Assembly (NCBI RefSeq): GCF_018350175.1
Contig: NC_058383.1
Span: forward strand, 2,728,001 to 2,792,000
From: Felis catus
Taxonomy: Eukaryota
Length of the DNA: 64,000 nucleotides
Reading direction: 5' to 3'
The position numbers were made by a program, and so were the translations under genes. This document shows, in pieces, positions 11,651-24,950 of the stretch. How positions within the stretch are numbered: the stretch's first letter is position 1; every line of letters starts with the position of its first letter. The notes under the pieces are model-generated. The model ran no database searches, was not told the origin of the DNA, and worked only from the letters and a program-made list of their open reading frames with translations.

Positions 11651-12313
11651 TTGGAGTGCCTCCCATTGTAGCCCATGCTTTAGGTGGGGAGGGAGCGCGG
11701 TCAGAGCAATACCGAGGAAAGACGGTGGTTGGTGTTTCTAAATACTGTATTGGACCTCACATTTCAGGTTACCTTATTTACTGTTGTTACATTCCATTAG
11801 ACAATTCGGAAAATAGAGAAGAGGAAATAGGCCTAGACCTCTCCATATACCCATTCCTCTCCCATAATAAAATGACGGTTGCCATTTTCACACAATTTTT
11901 TTTCCATACTGTAATTCTCAAATTCCAGTTGAGAATGGGTTGTGGTAGTCTGTTGGCGGATTTGAACACCCCAGAATTGACCAGTAGGAGCGTACCAACC
12001 ATTTCTTTGAGGGACAGTTGGAAAATGACTATCTGCATTCAGGTACATGTAGTTAAGTCCTTCAAATGAAAATAAAGAGGTGGGGCTTATAAGGTACGGA
12101 ATTTTTGTTGCTTCACCATGCCTTTTATATAACCTCAGTTAATTGTTAGTTACATACTGGGATTATACCTAGCTAGGAAGTTTCCTGTGCCCTTAAATAT
12201 TGGGGTAAAACAAGATGGAACTCTGACAAGTAATGTAATTAAGTGGAATCAAATAAGATGTTATCTACCAGTTGCCTTTGTATTATTTTCACTCCTTAGA
12301 GTCCTTTCATACA

Positions 12314-12506
12314 TTTTTAAAAAAATTTATTTTGAGAGAGCATGTGAGTGTGCGGGCAGAGAGGGGGGGGAGAGAGAATCCCAAGCACGCTCCTCACCAT
12401 TAGAGCAAAGTCTGACACAGTGCTCTAACTCACAAACTGTGAGGTGGTGAACTGAGCTGGAATCAAGAGTCAGATGCTTAACTCACTGAGCCACCCAGGT
12501 GCCCCC
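12314..12506 (-). mobile_element. CAN-SINE
   Basis: TTTATTTTGAGAGAG...GATGCTTAACTCACTGAGCCACCCAGGTGCCCC. Confidence 0.9.
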
Positions 12507-13104
12507 TTGCATATTTTTTTGTTGTGAAACATGGACTTGGGCCTCTAGGTGTCTCCTTGATCAGAGACCAGTAATGTTGGTTGACCGAATCTTGAGAATG
12601 GAACAGACACAGAGTGAGTAGGAAAACATAGAAGCTGGATTTTGACGAGGTCACACTTTAAATTTCTGCAAGAAGTAATACAAGCAGTAGTTTGAAGAGC
12701 GGACCCTTGAAGTCCAACTCCGTGAAAGGTGAGTAAAACTGAGGGTGGGGAATAAAAATCAGGTTGAGAGGTATAGTGTAAAGAGGAGTTAAAATAGAAT
12801 TATTTTCAAAAAAGTAAAGATGTTTTAAGTTTTATTCGTTTAAATATTCCTCCTAAGTCATGGTACATTTCTACCTAATGTAATTGAGCATTTCAATCTG
12901 TATAGTTTTTTTTTAATTGTAATTAGAGTCCAACATACCTATAAGATATTTTCTTAAATTTCTCCCTAAATTGGTAAATCCCTTTTAATAAAAACAAACA
13001 TGAGTACCCGTGATCCCAACAGACCAATAAATTTTGTCAGCTGGGACAGAAAATGGCTCCTCCTGCCATCCTTTTGTATTAGCCTATGAAATTAGTCTCA
13101 AGTT

Positions 13105-13295
13105 TTCTTGTTTTTGTTTTTAATTATTTTCAGGAGAGCACAAGCCAGGGGAGGGACAGAGAGGGGGACTGAGGATCCAGGGTGGGCTCTGCGCTGACAG
13201 CAGCAAGCTTGATGTAGGGCTCGAACTCAAGAACAGGGAGATCATAACCTAAGCTGAAGTCGGATGCTCAACCGACTGAGCCACCCAGGTGCCCC
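13105..13295 (-). mobile_element. CAN-SINE
   Basis: ...GCTGAAGTCGGATGCTCAACCGACTGAGCCACCCAGGTGCCCC, with a degenerate TSD TAGTCT(C/G)AA. Confidence 0.9.
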
Positions 13296-16229
13296 TAGTC
13301 TGAAAATTTTCAGTGAATCTCTGAAATGCAAAAGCCTATCAGAGTCGGACAGAGACTTATCTGCCACTTACTGATCCCATCTCTGAGACCTGTGCGGGAG
13401 AAATAAATTATTTTTAGAACTTCATTCTGTTAATGCTATTCTTGATGTATTCAAATATAAAAATGGATGAATGATGTTATGGGAGCACTGCTTTAGGAAA
13501 CTCCAGTTACTTTTATATTTGCTATTGTAGTCTTTAGGTACTCTGGCCTCTTGACAGGCAGCTCTAAAGCTAGAGACTCATTGCCTTAGCCTGGCCCCTC
13601 GCCCCGCCGTCTTTTGTGGGTATTGTGGGGATGAGGATACTTTGGTAAAGTTTTGCTAGAAACATGGATGTGGTGAATGGAAAAGGCTTTGAGCTATGTC
13701 TGTAGACGTGGTTTTTCATTCTGTAGCTAACTTGTATTAAGAGCAAGTCTGTTAGTCTGAGTCTGTTTTCTCACCTGTGAAAGGAGGGTTAGACTAGATT
13801 CTCTCAGTCATTCTGCCTGATTCTCTGATCTTTTATATGTTGTCTTATACTTCGTGCCATTTACCAGACTCTGTAAGTGTGTCTCCTATCTGGGGATTCT
13901 ATAACTCCGTATGTCTTAGCTCTTAGAACCTAATTCTCCTCATTTTACTTTTGCCAGGGTATTTACAATGTCAAAGACAACTAAGATGCAATACAGTATT
14001 TCTCCTGCTGTCTAACACGTGATGTATTTACTCTAGCCTGAAAATGGTTCCTGTTCAAAACTTTAGGTTCTGTGAAATGAATTAGTGCCATAATTTATCA
14101 GTGTAAGCCTGCAGTTTGGAGAAATAAATTTCCTTAAAATTATGAAATGCTTATTTATTTAAATGGCTGGAAGAAGAAAGGGCAAGAGTAATTGAAATCT
14201 ACTGGAGGTAATGCAGAGAAATTTTAAAAGATATGAGATAGTGATGATACAAGAATGCTTATATTTATAGGATAGTGACCATCAATAATTTAAAAAGATT
14301 GGTAGATGGTGTTGATATTTTTGTGCTCAACTGAATGTTATATTGGTTAATTGTATTCCTTAGGACTTTTAGTAAGTCAAAAGGCCCTCAAAATTAACAC
14401 AACTATTTTTTCACTTTAACAGGCTTAGCTGGCACTCTATTGATATACAATGTCTAGTGAAGATAACAGCTATCAATTCAATTTCTTGACAGCCTGTGTC
14501 AGTCAAGTAAATCTATTTACTGATCTTTGCAGATTAGCTTGTTGAACATGGGCTAAGACTATAGTTTCTGCACTGTTTTTAGCTTTGCTAAGTACATATT
14601 TTTTAATTGACAAGGCCAGCCTTTGGAGATACGGACTGTAGAGAATGGACTAGACTTGTGGGCCTATATTGTTACATAGACAAAGTCAGCCTCTGGTGCA
14701 GTCTTCTGTTGCTTTTTCTGCCTTTCAGAACTCTTTGTATTCTGGACATGATTTCTTCTCGTAAGAGGTTTGGAAGCTGTCATATATGTAAGTGTGGTTT
14801 TACGAAGATGAATTATCTTTCCAAGAAAAAAAAGACCTAGGGAGGTAACCAAAGAATGGCTATGGCTGCTTGAAAAGTAGTTACTTTTATAAGGAGTGAT
14901 TGGTGGTGGGAATTTTAGCAACCCGAGTAGATGACTAGATAGGAAAAATTTAGATTTGGGGTAAGGAGGGATTTCTTAGCTTGTGTCACATAGGTATAAT
15001 GTATCCTACCTTAGATTAAGGATGATCATCTCCAGAGGTGGTAGTTTCTGTGGGTTCTTCAGCGATCCTTAATTTATCTTGTGTATTTATGGGTTTCTCA
15101 TGAAGGAGGGCCTGTTTTCAAAGTGAAGGTCAGTTCTACCTTGTCTTCTCCCTCTATTTTACATGTGGTGGAAAAAGAAAAGATTTTTATTTTGTGGACC
15201 AAGCCCTTCTATACATTGGATGTCAGTGTTGATTTAATACATGAACCACCAGATGGCAACAGAAAAAGTGTTTATAGAGGATATAATCTGTAGTTTCCAC
15301 AGCTAATTTTTTGCCTTCCTTGGTTAACACTACTTCACAGCATACTTATGTAATAAAATTTTTGGCTATGAGCAAGGTGAGCTAATAATACCTGATAATG
15401 CAAATCACAACCAGAAAATAGAATAGTGCTAAGGTATTACTGGAAGAAGACATTTTCTTTACATGAACACATGTATAAGCTATTAGCCAGAGGGAGTGGG
15501 TTTTCAAATATGCAACTTTATGATTTATATTATTGTATAGTCCTGCTTTTCTAATTTTGTTGTTCAGCAGTTAGCTTCATGGTAAGCTGTGATGATTTGC
15601 AGAATGTAAAAAAAAAAAAAAAAAAAAAAAGGCTCTTACCCTACAGCATTTTATGTAGCACCTTTAAAAGGATACATGGGTTTACAAGCATTGAACTTGT
15701 TTATATATTTTCTGGCCAAAGGTATCTTTACTTTATGTAGAATTTGTTTTATTTTTGCCACATCCCCTTTTTCTAAGAGGGTCTTGTTGGCTCTTCTAAG
15801 GTTTTTTGTTTTTGCTTTTGTTTTCTTTGTTCTTAGCTAAGACTCTTGGCCGCAAGCTAGAAACTCAGTCTGAACTACTTAAAAGATTTCATTGGAGGCA
15901 TCCTGGGGTATCACAGTGTAACAAGAAGAATACCTTGAAACTTGACAAATTTAGGATTCAGCTCCACCTTGGGAATAACTAGAGCCAAGTGTTTCAAAAC
16001 CTCTCAGGTATTGTCCTGTCATCCTCTCCGTTTGCTTCTCTTCCTGTGTTGGTGTACCTCTTGACTATCACTGAAAATTGACCTTACCTTTGTGACTGAA
16101 ACCCAGATATCATCAGTCTTTGCATTTCTAATGCTTCAGAACCTGAAATAAAAGATGGACTTAAAACTTTGGCCCAGAATAGAAAATCTGTTAAATGGTC
16201 AGATTAGTATCATAAAAGCATTACCTTGA

Positions 16230-17385
16230 CAAGGGGAAAGAGCATTTTGGTTGCAAAACTGAAAGAATGGGAAAAACTGGAATAAATGTCTATAGACAAG
16301 TTAGGCTGTATCAGCAACTGAGTTGAGAGAACGTAGTAGGTGAGGCTAGGTTGGTAGTGTTGTTGGAGATGGACTGATGTGGATGGAGTAGAGAAAGACT
16401 TGGGAGACCAAAAAATCAAACCAGAAGGAGGACAGGATTTGGTAATAGGTTGGTTATGGAGGGTGAATGAAAATGTGTCCCGGGTGATGGTGAGGTTTTT
16501 CTGGCTGGCATGACTCGTTGGTTAGAGCGGTCATTTGCTGAGGTTGGACCGCTTGAGTTTGGGCAGTATGATCATGTTTTTGGTTTTGGATATATTAATG
16601 CGAGGTACTTTGGAGGCATCCAAACAGCTGTTAAGGTGGTGTTGGATATGCGTTTTTCAATCAGAGGTGAGGTCTGGGCTTTTACTATAAATACTTGTGG
16701 TGAAGGTATAGCATATTTTTTAAGAGGATGGGATTGCCATAAAATTGACTCAGCCACTTGCTAGCTGTGCTTCCTAGGGCCGGCTACTTAGTCATCTTTA
16801 AGCATTGTTTCTCATCCCTGAAGTCGGTATAGTAATTGCGCCTGCTTCATAGAGCTGCAGTGAGGATCAGTTGGTATGGTTGCAAGCAAGGTGTTTAGCA
16901 CCTTGCCAAGTACATAGCACATGTCCAGTCAGTTTTAGGTTGTGGTCTTGTTATTTACACTCTTGTGGACAGGAATCCTGCCTCATTTACCTTTTCTTTT
17001 CCCATAGGACTAGATATTAATGAGCCACTGTAGGACAGAGTGGGATGTGTGAGCAGTTGATAGGACTACAGGATAGTGATAGCGATGCCTGAGACTGGCT
17101 TGATAAAGCGAGGGAGGAAGAGATTGGGGTGATGGGAGTGAGTTAGAGAATGATGGTGATAATGCTGGAGTAAGTGTCTGAACTGGGTGATAGTAGGGTG
17201 GACAATTGGAATGGTATTGCTAAAGACAGGTGAAAAAGATGAGGGCCAAGAACAGGCCTTTGGATTTGTTGATGAGGCAGGAAATGTTGATATTTTGAGT
17301 ATAATTTCACTAGAGTTGTAGGACTAGGAAGCAGATTGAAGTTGATTACAGAATGAATGGATAGTGAGAAAATGGAATCAACAGG
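16230..17385. mobile_element. L2 relics with an inserted MIR (~16740-16950)
   Basis: Purine-rich degenerate L2 motifs (GAGGACAGGATTTGGTAATAGGTTGG, GGCCTTTGGATTTG) and MIR-like GCCACTTGCTAGCTGTG...GTGTTTAGCAC. Confidence 0.55.
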
Positions 17386-18256
17386 TGTTCTTTGTTGAAA
17401 TTTTCTTTCTGTTGAAACTCAAGAAAAAACAACTATGAAGGCATTTGAAGTGCATAGTGGCAAAATGATCTTAAAATGCTTTGGGAATATTTGCTTCTTC
17501 CCATTTGAAAACTGTTTTCAAGGCTGAAAAAAAGTTAGCTGTTGTCATCTGGCAAGATGCTGAGTAATCCTCACGATTCTCTGAAGTGATCATTTCATTT
17601 TCATATTTTGTGGCCGTTTCAGGTTTCTAGCAATATTGCCAGCAGAGCTGATCGATCTAGGGCACTTAGACCCCTACCCTGCTGCAAGCACCTAGAAACT
17701 GGATAAAATAAACTAAGGACGAACAAAAGCATTCCTGAGCCCGATAGGCCAGGAAATCCTACGTGCCAAAAGTGAAAGAACTCACAGCCAGGCTGTAATT
17801 AGGAACTAAGGCTTGCCTTGGTTTCAGATCTGGATGTAGGTTCCAAGGCTTGGTCCTGAGGATGTCATGAAGCAGCAGGAGACACGGCCTTAGCTCTCCA
17901 TGAAGAAGGAAGTTGGGGTTGAGGTCTTGTTACATAAAACCTTGAAGGGTGTCCCACCTGTGGACAGAAAAACCTAGTTAAAGAAGTGTAAAGAAACATG
18001 TGGTCTTCCTGGGGTTGTACATAATTAGAAATAAACATCTGAATCCCAAAGCACTGCATTATATTGAGGGTGGGTTAAAAATTTAACATTTCTTACAGTG
18101 TGACTAACCCTTAAGCTGAGAAATTAGCGTGAAATGTGGTACAGAACTGGAAACAAATGGAACCCTTAGAAACAGATGTGAAACTCTTCTGCAGAGCAAA
18201 TGAAAAATCTAGGATTCTCAGTAGAAACAGTTCATGCTGAAGATGAACTTGCAATA

Positions 18257-18400
18257 GGGGTGCCTGGGTAGCTCAGTTGGTTGGGTGTCCGACTCTTGAT
18301 CTCACTCAGCTCAGGTCTTGGTCTCAGGGTTGTGAGTTCAGGCCCTGCATTGGGCTCTGTGTAGAATGTGAAGCCTACTTAAAACAAACAAACAAAAAAC
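18257..18400 (+). mobile_element. CAN-SINE (short form)
   Basis: GGGGTGCCTGGGTAGCTCAGTTGG...GAAGCCTACTTAAAACAAAC. Confidence 0.85.
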
Positions 18401-18820
18401 CCCACTTGTAATTAAAAAAAAAAAATCACCAGCCAACAAGGAGATGAATCAGTACCAAGGAGAGTGGGCAGGTGTTTTACGTTTTAAGGAGAATTGGTAC
18501 TCCAGGAGGTGCTCCTGGGATATAAGCCAGAGATTCCTTGGTTAAAATTATTAGAGATACAACAGGTAAGACTGTAATAAAAGAACATCATAGAAGAAGA
18601 TCTGGAAAAGGTCCAGAGAGAATTTACAGAAATGAAAATTAGGGTTTTTAAAAGTAAACTCAGTAGACAGGTGAAACAGCTGAGTAGATACAATTGATGA
18701 GAAAACTACTGATTTTTAAGGAGATCTGAGGAAATTGCTTGGAATAGAATACTGAAGGTTAAAGAGATGGAAAACGAGCAGTTAAGACTCATGAACTTTA
18801 AATTTATTTTTATTTTCTTT

Positions 18821-19031
18821 AAAAAAAATTTTTTTTAACGTTTATTTTTGAGACAGAGACAGAGCATGAATGGGGGAGGGACAGAGAGAGAGGGAGACAC
18901 AGAATCGGAAGCAGGCTCCACGCTCTGAGCCATCAGCCCAGAGCCCGACGCGGGGCTCGAACTCGCAGACCGTGAGATCGTGACCTGAGCTGAAGTCGGA
19001 CGCTTAACCGACTGAGCCACCCAGGCGCCCC
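18821..19031 (-). mobile_element. Young SINEC_Fc-type SINE nested in the tail of an older SINE
   Basis: CpG-rich, near-consensus element; TSD TTTATTTTCTTT at 18809-18820 and 19034-19045. Confidence 0.92.
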
Positions 19032-19045
19032 TATTTATTTTCTTT

Positions 19046-19217
19046 TTAGAGAGTGCGTGTGAGCAGGGGGAGGGGGTAGAGGGTGAGGCAGAGAGAATCT
19101 CAGGCTCCATGCTCAGTGTGGAGCCCAGTATGGAGCTAGATCCCACGACCCTGGGATCATGACCTGAGCCGAAATCAAGAGTTGGCTGCTAAACTAGCTG
19201 AGCCACCCAGGCACCCC
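19046..19217 (-). mobile_element. Older CAN-SINE
   Basis: GATCATGACCTGAGCCGAAATCAAGAG...GAGCCACCCAGGCACCCC. Confidence 0.9.
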
Positions 19218-21896
19218 AAAACTCCAGAACTTTCGTAGGAAAGTCTAGTACTACCTTTTGCGAGCTTCCAGAAAGAGGAAATAGTGGAAGGGATGCTATC
19301 TGAAGATATGCTTGGAAGTTTTCCATAATAAATGCAGAGCTTGAATCCTGAGTTCCAAGAAGTTCAGTGAACTCCAAGCTGGCTAAATAAAAAGAAATTT
19401 ATACTTAGACCTGTTGTAGGTGAAACACTAGAAACAAGACAGAAGCAACCTGAGGGAAGCCATTGTCTAGACTGGCAGGGGTTTTGTTTGTATCCATGTA
19501 AAGTGATATTCAGGAGTAAGTGAAATAAAGCCTTTGTAGATAGACAAAGTTGATCACTTGTAGACTTGCTGGAGAAAGTATTAAAAGGTAGCTTTTTACG
19601 TTTATGTTTTTTACTTCAAGAAGAAAGAAACTGAAACCAGAAGGAGGGAATGAGATGCAAATAGCAAAGTGTACATTTTTAGGAAGCAATCCCTCCAATT
19701 TATTACATGCCTTGTGGTTTGAGAAAAGTGAACATTAGCAGCTCCCACTGATACTATGGAGTGGACAGATTAAGTGGGAGGGCAGCAGAGTTCATTCATT
19801 TAGTGCTTACTGAGGGCTTTCAGGGAGCAAGGCACTGTGTAAAGCAGTAACGGTACAATGATTAAACCAGTTCCTTCCTTCATGGAGCTTATTGCTTATT
19901 GAGGAGGAGACACGGTAACACATAAAATACAGTACAGTTGATTGTGAAGAGCCCTTTAAGCCATACAGAGCGTTCAGAATGTGAGAGATGAACTTCATCA
20001 GGATTTTAGGGATACAAGTAGGCAGGTCATGTCAGAGGATGTCAGAGTAGGACTTGGGGAACACAGATGAAGGATTCAGATAGAAAGAAACTGAGCAACA
20101 GTGAGGAATTCAGTGTCTCGATAATGACAGGTTTTTGCTGATAAAAGGACACTTTGCAAAATGACCTTCTTTACAGTCCAAATTGGGGTCTTAGCTGTGA
20201 AAAAAATTTATACTTGGCTCTCAGGGAGTTAGATTAAATGCACAAGGAAAAATTGTTTTTAACTTTTAAAAATAAGAGCATACATAGGAACATAGTTAAG
20301 GTATAAAAGAAGCTCAGTGAATGAGAATTAATGGAAGGTGAGAATGTATACGTTGTGGTTTTGTGGCAGCTTGATATTGTTAGCTGGTTGTTGTTAACAA
20401 ACTCCCGGACTTTGAAAATTACTTAAAGCTAGTATCTTGGAGTATTCTAGGTAGAAAAGCAAAGGTCATCTGTATCTCTAACTGCTGTTCCCTGTGGAAT
20501 CAAAAGTATGAAACCTAAGTTGTAATATGCTTCTGTGTTGATGGAGATGGAATGAGTGAAAATTTATGATTTAGCATTTCATTAACTTCAAATGCAGCTT
20601 AAAGCTTTTTTTTGTGAAACCACAGTTTATTTGCTTTAAAAGTTCTTTCTTGGGTAAATAAACTGAATTTCATCATAGATGTTATTGACAATAAACATGT
20701 TAGTAAAAAAAAACAAAAAAAACAACCAAAAAACAAAAAACCCCAGCCAAACCTCACTTTCCCCTTGACTTTTCCTAACTCAGCTAGTGAGGAAGCATTG
20801 GGAGTCCTGATCTGCTCTCTCATTCCCCCATTTTAGGAAACAAGTTGGGTTGGTTGGAGTCCTATCTCTATGTGTGATAGTAGCAGGTGACCCTGACCAA
20901 AATGATGGGGATCTGAGTTTTTCTGGCATCTTTTCTAGGGGCTGATGCGGTGTAGACAAATTACTGTGCTGTGTTGGTATTAAGCGTGTTGTAGAAGTGG
21001 ATCTAATTGGCATGGAAAAATGTTCAGAATACATTATGTGAAAGATGAGGTTACATAGTGTGCTTTGTGCAAGGTGATAGCTTGTCTTTACTGAATGCTC
21101 CTGCATTGCGCCCTGTGATAGGGCCTTTCTACACAGAATCTTGTACAAAGGAAGAAATTAGGGTGTAAAGAGGTTAAGGTCACCACTTAATAAGTGGTGG
21201 AACTGGGTTTTGAATGCAGGTTTGGTGCACCCCAGAGCCCCTGCCCTTAGTCCTTGCAGTATGCGGCCCCTCTGCAGTGACAGGAATGCACGTGGTGGGA
21301 AATTTCTCTGATAATGTCATTTAGACACAAGTAAACGGGAAAGGGGCTTGGACGCAGCACACCAAGATGTTAGTAGCAGCTGTCTCTTGGTGAGTAAAAA
21401 CGTGGATGTTTTGTTTTCTTTGACTTTGCTCTATTTTCTGAAGGTCTGTAATGGGGCTTCGATTGCTTTTGAAATAATAAAAAATCTTCTAGAAAAGTAG
21501 AGATTTAAAAAGTAAAGGGTATATAATAAGTCAGAAACAGGAAGCTCTTTTATAATCTATGCAACGAGTATGAAACAATGTGAACGCTGTGTTTATCTGT
21601 GTTATAGGAAAATTTTCTGAATGCTGTAACTTTCAAACACAGTAAGCATTTATAACTTTTTAAAAAATTATGAAAGCAATTATTTACTATAATGTGGTAT
21701 AAGTGGGTTTTAGGAGGACTGTGTATTAAAGTAGTTTAGTGGTTTAGGCTGAGATTCCATTAATGGGCACCTGAGATTTTGGTGTGTTTTTCTTTTGGAG
21801 GGAACATAAATGATTGTGTTGGGCCTTATTTTCTTCATTTACTTGAAAAGACCTACAGTATCGTAAATTATGGACTCCCTGTAAGAGCAGAAGCTT

Positions 21897-22140
21897 GGGG
21901 TGCCTGGGTGGCTCAATTGGTTAAGCACCCGACTTGTGGTTTTGGCTCAGGTCACGATGTCACAGTTTGTGGGTTCGAGCCCCACGCTGGGCTCTGTGCT
22001 GTGCATGGCATACTTGGGCTTCACTCTCCCTCCCTTCCTCCCTCCCTCCCTCCCTCCCTCCCTTCCTCTCTCTCTGCCCCTGCCCTGCTTGCACTGTCTC
22101 TGTCTCAAAATAGATAAACCTAAAAATAAAAAAGAAAAGG
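21897..22140 (+). mobile_element. CAN-SINE with (CCCT)n tract
   Basis: GGGGTGCCTGGGTGGCTCAATTGG head, CT-rich tract, A-rich tail. Confidence 0.9.
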
Positions 22141-23789
22141 CAAAACAAAAACTCCTGTGAAAGATGGATGGATAAACACATTTGTACCATCGATTTCTGG
22201 TTAGTGCTGCTTAATCTTTATTTTATGACTCTTCTGTCAAATTCTCCCGGTAACAACTCTGGTATCAAATCAATAAATGGAAGTTCTTACGGTATTAGGT
22301 ACAAAAATTTTGAAGCATGTACTTGAAAATTAGGAGTGATTTTCAGTAAAATATTTTACATAAATTAAGAAGTTAATACTTTTATATTAAATGCAATATA
22401 AATGTAAATTAGAGTGTTAGGTATGAGTGTGGTAGTGTAGTAGGCTACAGTTAGGGTGGCACCTGGCTTACAGAAATGTACCGTTTTCTGGGAATGGCCC
22501 TGGTACACAGCAGGGGCCTCCATTGGCCATTTTTCTGCTGTATCATCTCTTGAAGTGTTCTCATGATGCTCGACAGATCCCTGCATCCTCAGAGCTGCCC
22601 TGGTTCTTGCCTGTCCTGAGGTTGGGATGTTCAACTTTTCCTTCAGTCTGTTTTTCAGCATATCCTCCTTTTTGCTTGAGCTGGTCAGAGTTGTTTTTCT
22701 TTGAGCAGATGGTATTCAAACCTTTTAAAAGACGGGGCATGGTGCTTAATAATCATTACCAATAATATTGAACCATGTAAATAAATTATAGAAGTTCTAA
22801 AAGGAAATACTTCAGGGCAAGCAAAGGAACATATGTTGATTCTGAATAGGCATTTTATTCAATGAACTACAACAAATGAAACGGGTCTTCGTGTGTTTTG
22901 ATTTTGTTTTCATCTTCCCACTTTCCAGACTAATTGGGGAGTGGGAATTCTTTTTCCTAACCTTGCTTTAGATGCTTCTGTGCCTTCAGTTTCCTTCCTC
23001 ATTTCTGCAGCTCAGCTCTGTTCTGTAGCTGTGTTCCCTGGGCCTGCCAGGGGTGGGCCCGCCTTCACTCCATCCTCTCTGTCCACTGATGATTTCCGAG
23101 TGGACTTGTTTCTTCCCTGTCGCACTAACGTTTCTGACCTGCAGTCTTTCCTCCCATGTTCACAAGAGTTGGTTTCCTCTTTTAAGGTGTGGCAGCATGT
23201 TTGGTCCATGTTTAGGATGTGAGCGGTGTTACTAGGGACTCTTCATAGTGAAGATATCTGGACAGTATGCTTGACTAAAATAGGTGTGCCTTTATTCGTA
23301 AGTTTTTAAATTTTATTTAGCCTTGATAAGGAGAGGCTTAAGGTATCCTTCGTCATAGAATTTTAGCTTTTATAGTTCCATTGTGTTTTATCATGTAGTG
23401 CTTTTTCTTGTGAAAAATTACATGAGTAGGTTAAAAGGTCATGCCATGCCGAAGTATGTGTAGTGAAAAGGCTTTTCTTTTCTGATCCTCAGTCCCCTGG
23501 TCCTCTCTGAGGCCATCACTGTTCCAGCTTTGAATATTCTTTCATTGATATTTTTTTTGCGTATGCAACAATAGATATTTTTTCTTCAGCCCTTTGACTT
23601 TATGCAAAAGGTAGCGTACTGTTACTTTGGAGACTGGCCTCAGCATACTTGTCCCTTTTCACTTAACACTGTGACTTCAAGATCATTTCATAGTAGCACG
23701 TGTATGTATCTATCTCATTTTTAAATGCATGGAAAATGTGCTTTTAAGCCTTTGCCAACAGTGTAGTGGCATTATAACATGATAGTGTC

Positions 23790-23995
23790 ATGAGTTTTAG
23801 AGGTGGGTTAAAATCCTGGCTTTGCCCTTGATGAGCTTTGTGACCTCGGGCAAGTTACATAACCTGTGTTCCAGTTGCTCCTTTATAAAATGAGAAGTTA
23901 GTATCTCTTCAGGAGGGTTTTGTAAGCATTAGAAGAAATAGCGTATGTAAAGCCTTTAGCACAGTGTCTTGCTTAATAAATCATAGCTATTATTG
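23790..23995 (+). mobile_element. MIR SINE relic
   Basis: TGTGACCTCGGGCAAGTTACATAACC...TGTAAAGCCTTTAGCACAGTG...AATAAA. Confidence 0.75.
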
Positions 23996-24379
23996 TGCTC
24001 ATTAATAGATCAAATGAATGCCTAATGTGTTTCTCCTTCCTCCACTAAAATAATATACACAGAAGGCATTACATATTTCTTGACCTTTTAACTTAACCTT
24101 GATTGTCCCTTCTTCTAATCCATTATTTGTATTCTTTCCCTCTTCCCTCCCCATCCTTTGCCCAACAAATAACGTTAGGTATTTCTTATACTTTTTGAGA
24201 TTTCTTGGTTTGTTGATGACTTTACTGACCTATCATATCATCTCTGTCATTGCATTAGGTACTATCAGTTGTAGTTTATTGTAAAACCTCATGGAGAAGG
24301 AATATTTCTGTTGATACTTCAGAGTGAATTTAATGTCAGCATTTGAAATTTTTCAAGTCACTAGGCAGAATGATTCTTT

Positions 24380-24950
24380 TGTGTCAGCTGGGATAGAACT
24401 GAGATTTGGATACAGATGGCAACTGGTAGAGAGTAATAAATGTGGGGCTGATACTCCACAGAAGCACTTCAACAGTGTGGGCCTATCTGGGGCCGGTCCT
24501 AGGAGGCCAGTCCATAGGGCCAATCGTGACTGGGGAGAGTATGGGGAAGATGGGGATACAGCCCCATTGTTCCCTAAAAGCTCTCAGGATAATGGTAAGT
24601 CCAAGGAATTGGGGCCACATGGGGTATGCAGGATGTGGTGTGTACAAAATAGAAAAATATGATGTCTCTAAACTAGGTGAGCTGCCTTACTAAGCTATTT
24701 TGATGTTCTGCTTCAGGGTACAAGAAATCTAACTGGGAATCCCCCACCCTTTTCACAGGGGATGCGTGGTTCTCACTTAACAGGGGTCTGTCAAGCAGTC
24801 ATGCTTGGAGGAGTCAGGATACTTGGAGGGAGTTGAGTGCCTGTGAGAGCATCTGGGGGCTTAGACCTGGTGAGTTTAAGGTACTAATTCATATCCGTGT
24901 GATTTCCATCTGTACACACCAGCTGGTGTGATCTAAGCAAGCCAGCTTAC
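24380..24950. mobile_element. Possible ancient solo LTR
   Basis: A ~570 bp block of higher GC bounded by TG...CA, with similar flanks CTTT/TTTT. Family not recognised. Confidence 0.35.

Larger units (their letters stand above)
17620..19690 (+). mobile_element. Ancient L1/HAL1 ORF1-region relic with inserted SINEs
   Basis: A-rich degenerate ORF1-like sequence (GAAATGAAAATT...AAACTCAGTAGACAGG, GATCTGAGGAAATT). Confidence 0.5.

Noticed and set aside
15608..15630. A23 run as the tail of a processed pseudogene
   Set aside because: No recognisable upstream mRNA body or TSD.
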